From NCBI GenBank assembly GCA_000146045.2, contig BK006944.2, forward strand, positions 192,001 to 256,000: 64,000 bases of DNA, read 5' to 3'. The position numbers and the translations under genes were made by a program. The stretch is from TPA_inf: Saccharomyces (lineage: Eukaryota). The notes under the pieces are model-generated. The model was given only the letters and a program-made list of their open reading frames with translations. It ran no database searches and was not told where the DNA came from. Of this stretch, positions 34,570-45,535 are shown piece by piece. The number at the start of each line of letters is the position of its first letter. Within the stretch, counting starts at the first letter, position 1.

Positions 34570-36765
34570 ATGGACAAATTAGTCGTGAATTATTATGAAT
34601 ACAAGCACCCTATAATTAATAAAGACCTGGCCATTGGAGCCCATGGAGGCAAAAAATTTCCCACCTTGGGTGCTTGGTATGATGTAATTAATGAGTACGA
34701 ATTTCAGACGCGTTGCCCTATTATTTTAAAGAATTCGCATAGGAACAAACATTTTACATTTGCCTGTCATTTGAAAAACTGTCCATTTAAAGTCTTGCTA
34801 AGCTATGCTGGCAATGCTGCATCCTCAGAAACCTCATCTCCTTCTGCAAATAATAATACCAACCCTCCGGGTACTCCTGATCATATTCATCATCATAGCA
34901 ACAACATGAACAACGAGGACAATGATAATAACAATGGCAGTAATAATAAGGTTAGCAATGACAGTAAACTTGACTTCGTTACTGATGATCTTGAATACCA
35001 TCTGGCGAACACTCATCCGGACGACACCAATGACAAAGTGGAGTCGAGAAGCAATGAGGTGAATGGGAACAATGACGATGATGCTGATGCCAACAACATT
35101 TTTAAACAGCAAGGTGTTACTATCAAGAACGACACTGAAGATGATTCGATAAATAAGGCCTCTATTGACCGGGGATTGGACGACGAGAGCGGTCCTACTC
35201 ATGGTAATGACAGCGGTAACCACCGTCACAACGAGGAGGATGACGTCCATACCCAAATGACGAAAAACTATTCTGACGTAGTGAACGATGAAGACATCAA
35301 CGTTGCCATTGCCAATGCCGTCGCAAATGTAGATTCTCAATCAAACAATAAGCACGATGGAAAAGACGATGATGCCACTAACAACAATGATGGCCAAGAT
35401 AATAATACTAATAACGATCACAACAATAACAGCAATATCAATAACAACAATGTCGGTAGCCACGGCATTTCCTCCCACTCACCATCCTCCATACGAGACA
35501 CGTCTATGAATTTAGACGTCTTCAATTCTGCTACCGATGATATACCGGGCCCATTTGTCGTTACCAAAATTGAGCCCTATCATAGTCACCCACTAGAAGA
35601 TAACTTGTCACTGGGTAAATTTATCCTAACTAAGATTCCAAAGATTTTACAAAACGATTTAAAGTTTGATCAAATACTAGAAAGCTCTTACAATAATTCT
35701 AACCATACAGTGAGTAAATTTAAAGTTTCTCATTACGTGGAGGAGTCCGGTCTTTTAGACATTTTAATGCAAAGATATGGATTAACCGCCGAAGATTTCG
35801 AAAAAAGGTTACTTTCCCAAATAGCCAGACGTATAACGACGTATAAAGCAAGATTTGTTTTGAAAAAGAAAAAAATGGGCGAGTATAATGATTTACAACC
35901 TTCTTCATCTTCCAATAACAACAATAACAACGATGGTGAGCTTTCTGGCACGAACTTGAGAAGTAACTCTATCGACTACGCCAAACATCAGGAAATATCA
36001 AGTGCGGGTACCTCATCGAACACAACCAAAAATGTGAATAATAACAAGAATGACAGTAATGACGATAATAACGGCAACAATAATAATGACGCCTCAAATT
36101 TAATGGAAAGTGTGCTAGATAAAACCTCTAGTCACCGGTATCAACCCAAGAAGATGCCAAGCGTCAATAAATGGAGCAAGCCAGATCAAATAACTCATTC
36201 AGACGTGTCCATGGTTGGCCTAGATGAATCAAACGATGGCGGTAATGAAAATGTCCACCCAACCTTGGCTGAAGTAGACGCTCAAGAAGCTCGTGAAACT
36301 GCTCAGTTAGCCATAGACAAGATCAATTCTTATAAGAGGTCCATTGATGACAAGAATGGTGATGGCCATAACAATTCGTCGAGAAACGTGGTAGATGAAA
36401 ACTTGATCAACGATATGGATTCAGAAGATGCTCACAAGTCCAAAAGACAGCATTTGTCAGATATCACACTGGAAGAGAGAAATGAAGACGACAAACTACC
36501 ACATGAAGTGGCGGAACAGTTAAGGTTACTGTCATCGCATTTGAAAGAGGTAGAGAATCTACACCAGAATAATGATGATGACGTAGACGATGTAATGGTG
36601 GACGTGGATGTAGAATCGCAGTATAATAAGAACACAACTCATCATAATAACCATCATAGCCAACCTCATCACGATGAAGAAGATGTTGCTGGACTAATAG
36701 GGAAAGCCGATGATGAAGAAGACCTTTCTGATGAAAACATTCAACCAGAATTAAGAGGTCAATAG
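34570..36765 (+). CDS. ABF1: ARS-binding factor 1 (general regulatory factor), 731 aa.
   Basis: ATG at 34570. N-terminal MDKLVVNYYEYKHPIINKDLAIGAHGGKKFPTLGAWYDV... with atypical Zn-finger region CHLKNCPFK. Long N/D-rich low-complexity linkers. Confidence 0.93.
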   Translation: MDKLVVNYYEYKHPIINKDLAIGAHGGKKFPTLGAWYDVINEYEFQTRCPIILKNSHRNKHFTFACHLKNCPFKVLLSYAGNAASSETSSPSANNNTNPPGTPDHIHHHSNNMNNEDNDNNNGSNNKVSNDSKLDFVTDDLEYHLANTHPDDTNDKVESRSNEVNGNNDDDADANNIFKQQGVTIKNDTEDDSINKASIDRGLDDESGPTHGNDSGNHRHNEEDDVHTQMTKNYSDVVNDEDINVAIANAVANVDSQSNNKHDGKDDDATNNNDGQDNNTNNDHNNNSNINNNNVGSHGISSHSPSSIRDTSMNLDVFNSATDDIPGPFVVTKIEPYHSHPLEDNLSLGKFILTKIPKILQNDLKFDQILESSYNNSNHTVSKFKVSHYVEESGLLDILMQRYGLTAEDFEKRLLSQIARRITTYKARFVLKKKKMGEYNDLQPSSSSNNNNNNDGELSGTNLRSNSIDYAKHQEISSAGTSSNTTKNVNNNKNDSNDDNNGNNNNDASNLMESVLDKTSSHRYQPKKMPSVNKWSKPDQITHSDVSMVGLDESNDGGNENVHPTLAEVDAQEARETAQLAIDKINSYKRSIDDKNGDGHNNSSRNVVDENLINDMDSEDAHKSKRQHLSDITLEERNEDDKLPHEVAEQLRLLSSHLKEVENLHQNNDDDVDDVMVDVDVESQYNKNTTHHNNHHSQPHHDEEDVAGLIGKADDEEDLSDENIQPELRGQ

Positions 36766-36938
36766 ATACCCAGTTGAGAAGACGAGCTATTTTTCTCATG
36801 TTTCTTTTGTTTATTCACTTTTCTATACTTTTTCTTTTCTATTGAAATATATATTATATCTTATGTATGTTTTTTTGTATTATAAACAAGCAAATTTCGT
36901 CTTGCCATTTACCTTCTGATATTAATCACATGTATATC

Positions 36939-37880
36939 TCAATTCAAGTTTTTGTTAAGATAATCAGCGAAAAGCGGACCGATCCTATCTTGATCTATAT
37001 CTCTTAGTTTGTTGAAGTTAATGAATTGCCTTTTCAATCTCTGCAATTGCGCCAACGTAACGACGTTACCAATGGGCAAGTCTACGAAGAAGCAACCATC
37101 ATCATTGATATCGGTAATCCCTTCGGAAACAATGACTCTTGTTCCGTTACTTACCCCGCCAATAGAAGTCAGGCTTTTGATGTGGTTCATTATGGTTTTT
37201 ATTATCTTACTAGTTTCGATGTCGAGAACCTGGATGAAATTGGACTGAGACGCAGGCTTTAGTACCGTGGCTGAGTTCGGTTTTTGTAAGCCCTTACTCA
37301 ACGGATCATTGTGTCCACTGTTTTTAGCCGATTTGGAAGTTTGAAAGACTACTTTACAAATATCGTCGATGTAGTCAGTTATGTTGTCCTGAGGAGTAAG
37401 AATAGCAAAGAGTGGAGAGTCCCATCGGTTGCTTGAGTTAGGCTCTTCGTATCGTTGAATCAATTGATTCAATAACTCGGGTTCCCAAGGGTTCGGGTTT
37501 GAAGTCTTATTCCACTCGAATATAGTCTCTGGTGGACACAGTGTTTGAATTACACAAAATGTGGTGGACAAATTTTTCACCTCGCAGTGAAGTTGATACC
37601 GGAAACCCTTGATATAATTCAACGAGTCTACAATGACTATCTTGTTTTTAGATAGATCTCTTTTCACTGCGGAGATGATCTCCGACCTCAATTTTCTTTC
37701 ATCTTGGGAAGTTATATAATCTGAATGTTTTATGCCTAAAGATTCATCTGAATGATAGGTTATGGAATATTTACTTAATGATGGGGTTGCATCGATCTTG
37801 GACTGTAGTAGTTGTACCAAATGTTTAGCAAGCGTTGTCTTACCACTACATGGGTATCCCGTAAAAAGCACCAGTGGCAT
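36939..37880 (-). CDS. KTI12: Elongator-associated P-loop ATPase (PSTK-like), 313 aa.
   Basis: Track start is TTG. The first ATG (CAT 37878..37880) gives MPLVLFTGYPCSGKTTLAKHL.... Confidence 0.85.
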   Translation of the reverse strand: MPLVLFTGYPCSGKTTLAKHLVQLLQSKIDATPSLSKYSITYHSDESLGIKHSDYITSQDERKLRSEIISAVKRDLSKNKIVIVDSLNYIKGFRYQLHCEVKNLSTTFCVIQTLCPPETIFEWNKTSNPNPWEPELLNQLIQRYEEPNSSNRWDSPLFAILTPQDNITDYIDDICKVVFQTSKSAKNSGHNDPLSKGLQKPNSATVLKPASQSNFIQVLDIETSKIIKTIMNHIKSLTSIGGVSNGTRVIVSEGITDINDDGCFFVDLPIGNVVTLAQLQRLKRQFINFNKLRDIDQDRIGPLFADYLNKNLN

Positions 37881-39189
37881 CTTCTTACTAAATTGCCTGT
37901 TTAGTTTTTTCAAAAGTTTTACAAGGTCCCTTTACCCTCATTCTGATACGTTATTGTTCAAGTTTCACCTGTTCATCAAGTATTCTTCATTTCTTTTTCC
38001 ATCGCGATGACGATGACAAAACGGCAAAAAGTCAAAGAAAAAGAAAAAAAAAGATTTTTTTTCCATCATATGCAGAGAGAATATGTCCAAGCCAAGCGCA
38101 GTGTGCATGTATGCTGTTTTTAGCATATCGGGTGTGCGAAAGGAATGACATAATGATTTGCAACTAATATTTCCTTATATAAATATGCTTCTGGATATGA
38201 GTCTCATGAAACAAGTTCAGTAATTGCTTGTTTTACCCTTACTTTTTTCTTGGTTATGACTTGTGTACATAATAAATTGCCTATTTTCCCAAATTGTGTC
38301 CTTTTTCCTTTCCGGTTGGTATGAGATATTTCTTTTCAAAAATCAAAAGAAAACAACAAAGGGTTGATATTATGTAATGCAATACCTAGAATCGGGAAAA
38401 ACTTGTTTGTCGTACCAAGAGAGGCAGCACTGGCGTGCCTTGATTTAATATAACTCCTGAGATAGTGGGGGTTACATGAGTTGTACAGCATAAGACTCCC
38501 TCTCCCCAGTTCTGTTCGTATATGTCGGGCTTGCTTGCGAAAGCAAGGGGTTCAATAAACAGAAAACAGAGTTTTTGGATAAAGTTTAAACAACGGAAAC
38601 AGAGCAACAATGAAGGAGAGAATAAGTATCAATTGTGTAATTCTGTATACCGTAGTGCACAGTACGCTGTGCGCAACTCTTGCCTAAAAAATCTAGTTAT
38701 CAAGCGGGGTGAATATGCTACAATGCCTCTTTTACGTTGTACTCTATCAAGGGATGATAGCAGTGGCACATATTGATTGATACGACTTTTCGCCGCGCGG
38801 TAGGCGAAAAGCAAAGAAAACTACAGTAATATCCAGAAATAGATGCATTTTATGTGCGAAATAAAACTCATGCTGAAAAAAATAGTAATAATTAATAGGG
38901 TAACGAATAGAATGCAAACCTTATCACGTGAAAGAGAGAACAATCATAAATGATTTAGTGCGTAGGTCCAGATTTGCGAAACACTGCGGAAGGCGAGAAA
39001 AGAATTCGAATATGAAGTAGGTAGAAGCAGAGGTAGGGCCGCTATTTAAAGATATACTTTTTCTGTACGGGCCGGTGACTTCGCAGTAGTGATGTACTAT
39101 GAGATCACTATTTTGCCGGAAACTGTAGGCAAAAACCGTTTATGTCTTTTTTTCACCTTACGGGATAACCTCTGCTGAGAATTTCCAAA

Positions 39190-39600
39190 ACTAGGCATGG
39201 ATGATTGCCGGAATTTGAAACCCGGGCCCCGGAGGTTGATCGCACGGCAAATACATAAGAACCTTCTCCGCAATACGGGCTTTCCTCAATTTTCTTGGCC
39301 AAAAAGCGAGTCGGCCCCGAGCTACAAATCGGGAACAACGGAGGAATAGAGCGACAAGTTGATTCGGTCGTGCAGCCCGGAAAAAAAAGGCTGTCCTGCG
39401 GGCTTTATTCACTCCAATGCCGCTGAGAGGAACACGCGTTTCGTGGGCTTTGGACCACTACCCCGGCGTTCAGAGAAACCCCCCGGGGCAGGGGTCCGAA
39501 GTCTAAAAGTTTAATCCGGAAGTAGCGACGGGGGGGAAGCCCGCCGCGCACAGATGGCCAGCACAACGGAGCGGGGCCGAGGCGGCAAACGAGGTTAAGC
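39190..39600. other. GC-rich island in the KTI12-HAP4 intergenic region; probable part of the HAP4 upstream control region.
   Basis: About 400 bp with runs such as cccgggccccgg, ccccccggggcagggg, cgacgggggggaagcccgccgcgc, gcggggccgaggcgg, in an otherwise AT-rich sequence. Contains ACGCGT (39434..39439), AGGGG and GCGGGG motifs. Confidence 0.4.
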
Positions 39601-40226
39601 CCGCTGAACCTGAAAAAAAAAACGAAAATTTTCTTTCATCAAGGACTAAAGTTTTCTTATGTTACGGATCTTGCACGCGGTAAGCAATGGCCGTAGCCTT
39701 TTCACAGTTGCTTCCAAGTGTCATGTATCGATTTTGCAGATTGTTCTAAAAGTAAATGGATTGCTATTTTCTTTCCGAGACTACTCTAAAAAAATTTATT
39801 GAGTATGAGATCGTTTTTAGATAAATTATATATATTGTAAAGCTATTAACTAATCTCCTATATCAATTTCTTCTTGCTTAACCCCGTGTGGTTGTTTAGG
39901 TCCATCTCCTTTTTCCTTTTAATTTTTTTACCTTTATTAATTCCTTCACCTCTCTAAACCCCAGTTTTATATCGTATATGCTATCTACAGGTCCACTTTA
40001 CACTTAATAATATAAAAATACTACTATAAAGGAACCAGAAAAATAAAAAAGGGTCATTATTTATTTGAGCAGATCATTATCAAACGCATAGGAAGAGAAA
40101 AAACACAGTTTTATTTTTTTTCCACACATATTTATTGGTCTCCTAGTACATCAAAGAGCATTTTAATGGGTTGCTGATTTGTTTTACCTACATTTTCTAG
40201 TACAAAAAAAAAACAAAAAAAGAATC

Positions 40227-41891
40227 ATGACCGCAAAGACTTTTCTACTACAGGCCTCCGCTAGTCGCCCTCGTAGTAACCATTTTAAAAATGAGCATAA
40301 TAATATTCCATTGGCGCCTGTACCGATCGCCCCAAATACCAACCATCATAACAATAGTTCGCTGGAATTCGAAAACGATGGCAGTAAAAAGAAGAAGAAG
40401 TCTAGCTTGGTGGTTAGAACTTCAAAACATTGGGTTTTGCCCCCAAGACCAAGACCTGGTAGAAGATCATCTTCTCACAACACTCTACCTGCCAACAACA
40501 CCAATAATATTTTAAATGTTGGCCCTAACAGCAGGAACAGTAGTAATAATAATAATAATAATAACATCATTTCGAATAGGAAACAAGCTTCCAAAGAAAA
40601 GAGGAAAATACCAAGACATATCCAGACAATCGATGAAAAGCTAATAAACGACTCGAATTACCTCGCATTTTTGAAGTTCGATGACTTGGAAAATGAAAAG
40701 TTTCATTCTTCTGCCTCCTCCATTTCATCTCCATCTTATTCATCTCCATCTTTTTCAAGTTATAGAAATAGAAAAAAATCAGAATTCATGGACGATGAAA
40801 GCTGCACCGATGTGGAAACCATTGCTGCTCACAACAGTCTGCTAACAAAAAACCATCATATAGATTCTTCTTCAAATGTTCACGCACCACCCACGAAAAA
40901 ATCAAAGTTGAACGACTTTGATTTATTGTCCTTATCTTCCACATCTTCATCGGCCACTCCGGTCCCACAGTTGACAAAAGATTTGAACATGAACCTAAAT
41001 TTTCATAAGATCCCTCATAAGGCTTCATTCCCTGATTCTCCAGCAGATTTCTCTCCAGCAGATTCAGTCTCGTTGATTAGAAACCACTCCTTGCCTACTA
41101 ATTTGCAAGTTAAGGACAAAATTGAGGATTTGAACGAGATTAAATTCTTTAACGATTTCGAGAAACTTGAGTTTTTCAATAAGTATGCCAAAGTCAACAC
41201 GAATAACGACGTTAACGAAAATAATGATCTCTGGAATTCTTACTTACAGTCTATGGACGATACAACAGGTAAGAACAGTGGCAATTACCAACAAGTGGAC
41301 AATGACGATAATATGTCTTTATTGAATCTGCCAATTTTGGAGGAAACCGTATCTTCAGGGCAAGATGATAAGGTTGAGCCAGATGAAGAAGACATTTGGA
41401 ATTATTTACCAAGTTCAAGTTCACAACAAGAAGATTCATCACGTGCTTTGAAAAAAAATACTAATTCTGAGAAGGCGAACATCCAAGCAAAGAACGATGA
41501 AACCTATCTGTTTCTTCAGGATCAGGATGAAAGCGCTGATTCGCATCACCATGACGAGTTAGGTTCAGAAATCACTTTGGCTGACAATAAGTTTTCTTAT
41601 TTGCCCCCAACTCTAGAAGAGTTGATGGAAGAGCAGGACTGTAACAATGGCAGATCTTTTAAAAATTTCATGTTTTCCAACGATACCGGTATTGACGGTA
41701 GTGCCGGTACTGATGACGACTACACCAAAGTTCTGAAATCCAAAAAAATTTCTACGTCGAAGTCGAACGCTAACCTTTATGACTTAAACGATAACAACAA
41801 TGATGCAACTGCCACCAATGAACTTGATCAAAGCAGTTTCATCGACGACCTTGACGAAGATGTCGATTTTTTAAAGGTACAAGTATTTTGA
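40227..41891 (+). CDS. HAP4: Regulatory subunit of the CCAAT-binding Hap2/3/4/5 complex, 554 aa.
   Basis: Track start 40179 is TTG. The first ATG at 40227 gives [20 protein letters not shown].... Conserved Hap2/3/5-interaction motif [14 protein letters not shown]. Asn-rich tracts. Confidence 0.9.
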
Positions 41892-42316
41892 AATAGGCAT
41901 GTTGCAATAAAACGAAAACAACTAAAAATCACGAAAACAAAATGATATTATACAATAAAAAATTCTTATTATGGGTAATGATAGTATTCTTCGCCTGCTT
42001 AGGCGTCCTTTTCCTTCAACAACAAAAATTCCAAAAAAAAAAAGTAAAAAAACAAAACTTTGATTGTTTTTTAATGATGTTAATGATTTTTTTTTTCTTT
42101 CTTTATCATAAAAAAAAAGTTAAAATGAAAAACAAATATGGGTCTGGAAGGCCATTATTTTTTTTTTATTTATATACCGTTTCTGGTACTTAGTTATTTA
42201 TTCTCATACATACACTATATTCAAATTACCTAAGAGCATTTTCACATATCCGTTTACTTTCATTTTTTTTTTTTTTGCTTCCTTTTTACATATCTTCCGT
42301 ATATCACATCACGTTT

Positions 42317-42322
42317 ACGCGT
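42317..42322. promoter_or_regulatory. MCB (ACGCGT) about 105 bp upstream of SLD2.
   Basis: acgtttacgcgtatgg. A T13 tract lies at 42264..42276. Confidence 0.5.
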
Positions 42323-42425
42323 ATGGTGAAACACGTCAAGAGAAAAATGATAAAATCAAATTTTGATTTACATCAGGCTCCACAGGACAGGGAAATCTAT
42401 CTAGTGAGGCGATAACTGTAGTTCG

Positions 42426-43787
42426 ATGTACTCATTTGAACTGGACAAATTGAAAATTGAGCTGAAAACATGGGAGCATGATTTCATTGATAAAAATAAA
42501 AGGGAACCCACAAGGGATGACATCAAGAGCCTGCGGACTGTTCGGCAGATGTATAAACAATATTCCACACTGAAGAAGAAACAATCTTTGCAACGACAAA
42601 AAGTTGACACTCAAGAGTCGGTTGAACTCCCGGCACATAAAAAAGACCACGACGAAGTCGTAGAGATAGGCCCTACTCCCCAAGTTTACGGTAAGGCGAT
42701 TAGTATCTTTGACATGAATTTGTCGCCTATAAAGCCTATATACATGACATTCACAAATAATATTGATGTTAACAATGATAACTCCAAGACAATTTCTAAT
42801 GAATCTTCTCCACGAAAAACTATTCTCCTAAAATCGTCGCCTGCAGATCGTACGTTAGTGGCGGAACCAATATCCAGTGTGAAACGCCAATTAAACTTTC
42901 AAATGCTAAACGCTTCTTCTACACGTACTCCGACTTCATCACCATGCAAGAATCGCAATGGGAAGTTGGTAGAAATCAAGAAATGTAGTCCAACTATTAA
43001 TCCTCCACTAGAATCTGGCAAACCATCGGGGTATTATGGACCTAATTCCCCGCTAAAATTGGATGAAGAAAACATTCACCTAAACATCTCACTTAATTCA
43101 AGCACTAAACGCCGGCTTCAAATAGCATATCCATCTTTACAGAAGACTCCCTCAAAGGATCAAGCGGATATTTCAACTTCATTTAGTCCGTCTCCACTCA
43201 TTAGAAGACCACTGACGAAATCCCTGATAGAATTGGCCAGGGAACATACTGAAATTGTAAAAGAATTTGGTGTCTTACAGGAAGAAGATATTGAAGAGGA
43301 AGAGGAAGGAGAAGAAGGCGAGAATGGTTACGATGAGAAAAACCACGAAGACGACTTTGGGCTAGAAGATGAACTAATTAGACCAAAAGTTGTGAAGGAC
43401 ATATTTCAAGAGGATGATGATAATGATGATAGCCAAGCAAGGGAAGATACCTTCATAAGAAAGAGACCCAAAAGAAGAAAGGTTATCAGAAGATTACGAG
43501 ACAATGATCCAGAAACCGAGACCGCAGGTTTTGAGAGAGATGTCCATAAGGAGCTGGTGAAACTCAAAAGAAGGAAAGTGGCAGAATTTTTGGGATCCAC
43601 CTCACAAATCTCTGATACTGAATTTGAACATGATCCGGAGGCAAGCAGCGGCGTTGTAAGCTCAGAGCAAAAGCCTACGGCTAAGCGAAAGGGTAGAAAG
43701 AAGTATAATCTAGTGAGCAATAACTTCAGAAGACTAAAACTGCCAAAGAAAAACCGATTCTCTAATGGACGATGGGGAAGAAGGTGA
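42426..43787 (+). CDS. SLD2: Replication initiation protein Sld2/Drc1, 453 aa.
   Basis: ATG at 42426. MYSFELDKLKIELKTWEHDFIDKNKREPTRDDIK. Multiple S/T-P CDK sites. Acidic stretch and basic C-terminus. Confidence 0.85.
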   Translation: MYSFELDKLKIELKTWEHDFIDKNKREPTRDDIKSLRTVRQMYKQYSTLKKKQSLQRQKVDTQESVELPAHKKDHDEVVEIGPTPQVYGKAISIFDMNLSPIKPIYMTFTNNIDVNNDNSKTISNESSPRKTILLKSSPADRTLVAEPISSVKRQLNFQMLNASSTRTPTSSPCKNRNGKLVEIKKCSPTINPPLESGKPSGYYGPNSPLKLDEENIHLNISLNSSTKRRLQIAYPSLQKTPSKDQADISTSFSPSPLIRRPLTKSLIELAREHTEIVKEFGVLQEEDIEEEEEGEEGENGYDEKNHEDDFGLEDELIRPKVVKDIFQEDDDNDDSQAREDTFIRKRPKRRKVIRRLRDNDPETETAGFERDVHKELVKLKRRKVAEFLGSTSQISDTEFEHDPEASSGVVSSEQKPTAKRKGRKKYNLVSNNFRRLKLPKKNRFSNGRWGRR

Positions 43788-44140
43788 GCGTGATGGCGTA
43801 AATAATACAAACATTTGTAATTTATAGAAACCTATTAAGTATTCAGTTAGATTCCTTCAGCTGCATGACGTATAGTTTATATGGACATCATACGTATTTT
43901 TATCAATATAGAGACTAGCATGTTTTTACACTTTTTATTTTTGTTGTTCAATTAGGGGCCTCGTCCATATATGTATATATATTACATAATCTGCAATCAT
44001 CAATTAGGGGAGGAATAATCGGCAGAGGTATAAATACAAAATTTAAAACAATTCAAGTGAATGAAAAGGTGAACCAACAAACAGAATATTACCACGTATC
44101 AAGGAAAAACTAATAATAGTATATTGGCGCATTTAGCAGG

Positions 44141-45070
44141 ATGTTCTGGAAAAAGGATCCCACCGTCAGTTGGGAAAGAAAAAATATCAATGACATTGAT
44201 TTTAGTCGTTTTAATGTGGCCATAATTGGTGGCACAGGTGGACTTGGACGTGCAATAAGTAGAGAGCTGGCCCAAAGAAATGCCAGGGTTACTGTTGTCG
44301 GGCAAACTTTTAGGGACGAGGACCTAAAAGATAAAATTAACTTTGTCAAGGCTGATTTAAGTTTAGTGTCAGAATGCAAGCGTATATCTCATAGTGATGA
44401 AATTCCCTACGAGGAGTTAACACATCTGATTTTCACTACGGGTATTTTTGCATCACGCCAGAGACAAGCTACAAGTGAGGGTTTGGAAAAAGACATGGCA
44501 GTGAGCTATTTGAGTAGATACATTATCTTCCATGATGTGGCGAAGCGATTAGGAATTAGTAGGACAAAAAAAGACGATTTGCCAAAAGTTTTCATAGCAG
44601 GGTTTCCAGGAAATGGTCAGGTGGGAGACCCAGATGACTTGAATTCTGATGAAAAGAAGTATAGTGCCTACGCTACACATATGAACACTGTGGCAGCCAA
44701 TGAAAGTCTGGTCATAGACGCTAAAGACAGATACACGAATATAGATACTTTCGGTTTGAACCCTGGGCTGATCAAAACGAACATTCGTAATAATCTTCTT
44801 GGCAGTGACACCTACCTCAGCCGCATTACAGAATGGATAATCAGCTGGACCTGTCAAAGCGCAGAGACGTATGCGAAAACAATATGCACCCTGATTGCGA
44901 GCCCCGCTATCGAATCACGCAGTGGTACAATGTTCAGCAACAAAGGCGATGCTATTTTACCTTCGCCTGGTTTGACCAAAGATGTTGTTGAGAAGTTTAT
45001 GGAAAATTCGGAACTTCTAGTTGAAAAGGCCTTGCGTAATCAAAGTCCTTTCACTTCCAGTAACGAATGA
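44141..45070 (+). CDS. Short-chain dehydrogenase/reductase family protein, 309 aa (YKL107W-like).
   Basis: ATG at 44141. Rossmann motif IIGGTGGLGRAISREL. Confidence 0.8.
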   Translation: MFWKKDPTVSWERKNINDIDFSRFNVAIIGGTGGLGRAISRELAQRNARVTVVGQTFRDEDLKDKINFVKADLSLVSECKRISHSDEIPYEELTHLIFTTGIFASRQRQATSEGLEKDMAVSYLSRYIIFHDVAKRLGISRTKKDDLPKVFIAGFPGNGQVGDPDDLNSDEKKYSAYATHMNTVAANESLVIDAKDRYTNIDTFGLNPGLIKTNIRNNLLGSDTYLSRITEWIISWTCQSAETYAKTICTLIASPAIESRSGTMFSNKGDAILPSPGLTKDVVEKFMENSELLVEKALRNQSPFTSSNE

Positions 45071-45535
45071 CTTGCTGTAACTAATTGGTTTATATTTAAA
45101 TATTTCACTTTTTAAAGGGCGTTTGCATGCGACCATCGTCGATGATTCATATTGTTCGGATGCGGAAGATGGCTTCCATGAGTTTTGCACGCCGTCTCAT
45201 GTGATTGTTGGAGTCATAGCTCGCATATCTTCCTATTGTCAGATGTAATATCGACGGAAATGGCATCTTGGAGTATGGAAGCACTATTCTGCTTTGCTCC
45301 AATATTTAGGATGCCGCATTTTTCATATTTTTTTTTACATTTTTCGCTTACGTATATAAATTGCTAGCAAGTATTCGCTCTCTCTGTCTTGGTTATCTAA
45401 TTGCTAACCGTCGCAATTGAAAAGAAAAAAAAAATACAGAATAGACGATAGCGGATTGAACGATAGCATACTATTGAGTGCGTTTTCCCTTCTCATTTGA
45501 AAATTACTATCCGTTTTTCACTGCCGAAAGACTTG

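Noticed and set aside
39190-39600. Possibility that the GC-rich block is an inserted foreign or engineered sequence, or an rDNA/telomeric fragment.
   Set aside because: The KTI12-HAP4 spacing (about 2.35 kb) matches what I recall for the native locus. The block lacks rDNA, Y' or vector-like signatures, and no target-site duplications or terminal repeats flank it. Treated as native regulatory DNA.
39466-39612. Short inverted repeat (ggcgttcag at ~39466 and ctgaac at ~39605) that could close a 140-nt structured RNA over the GC island.
   Set aside because: Only 6 bp of complementarity. No pol III A/B boxes or snoRNA C/D or H/ACA boxes were identifiable. Insufficient evidence for an RNA gene.
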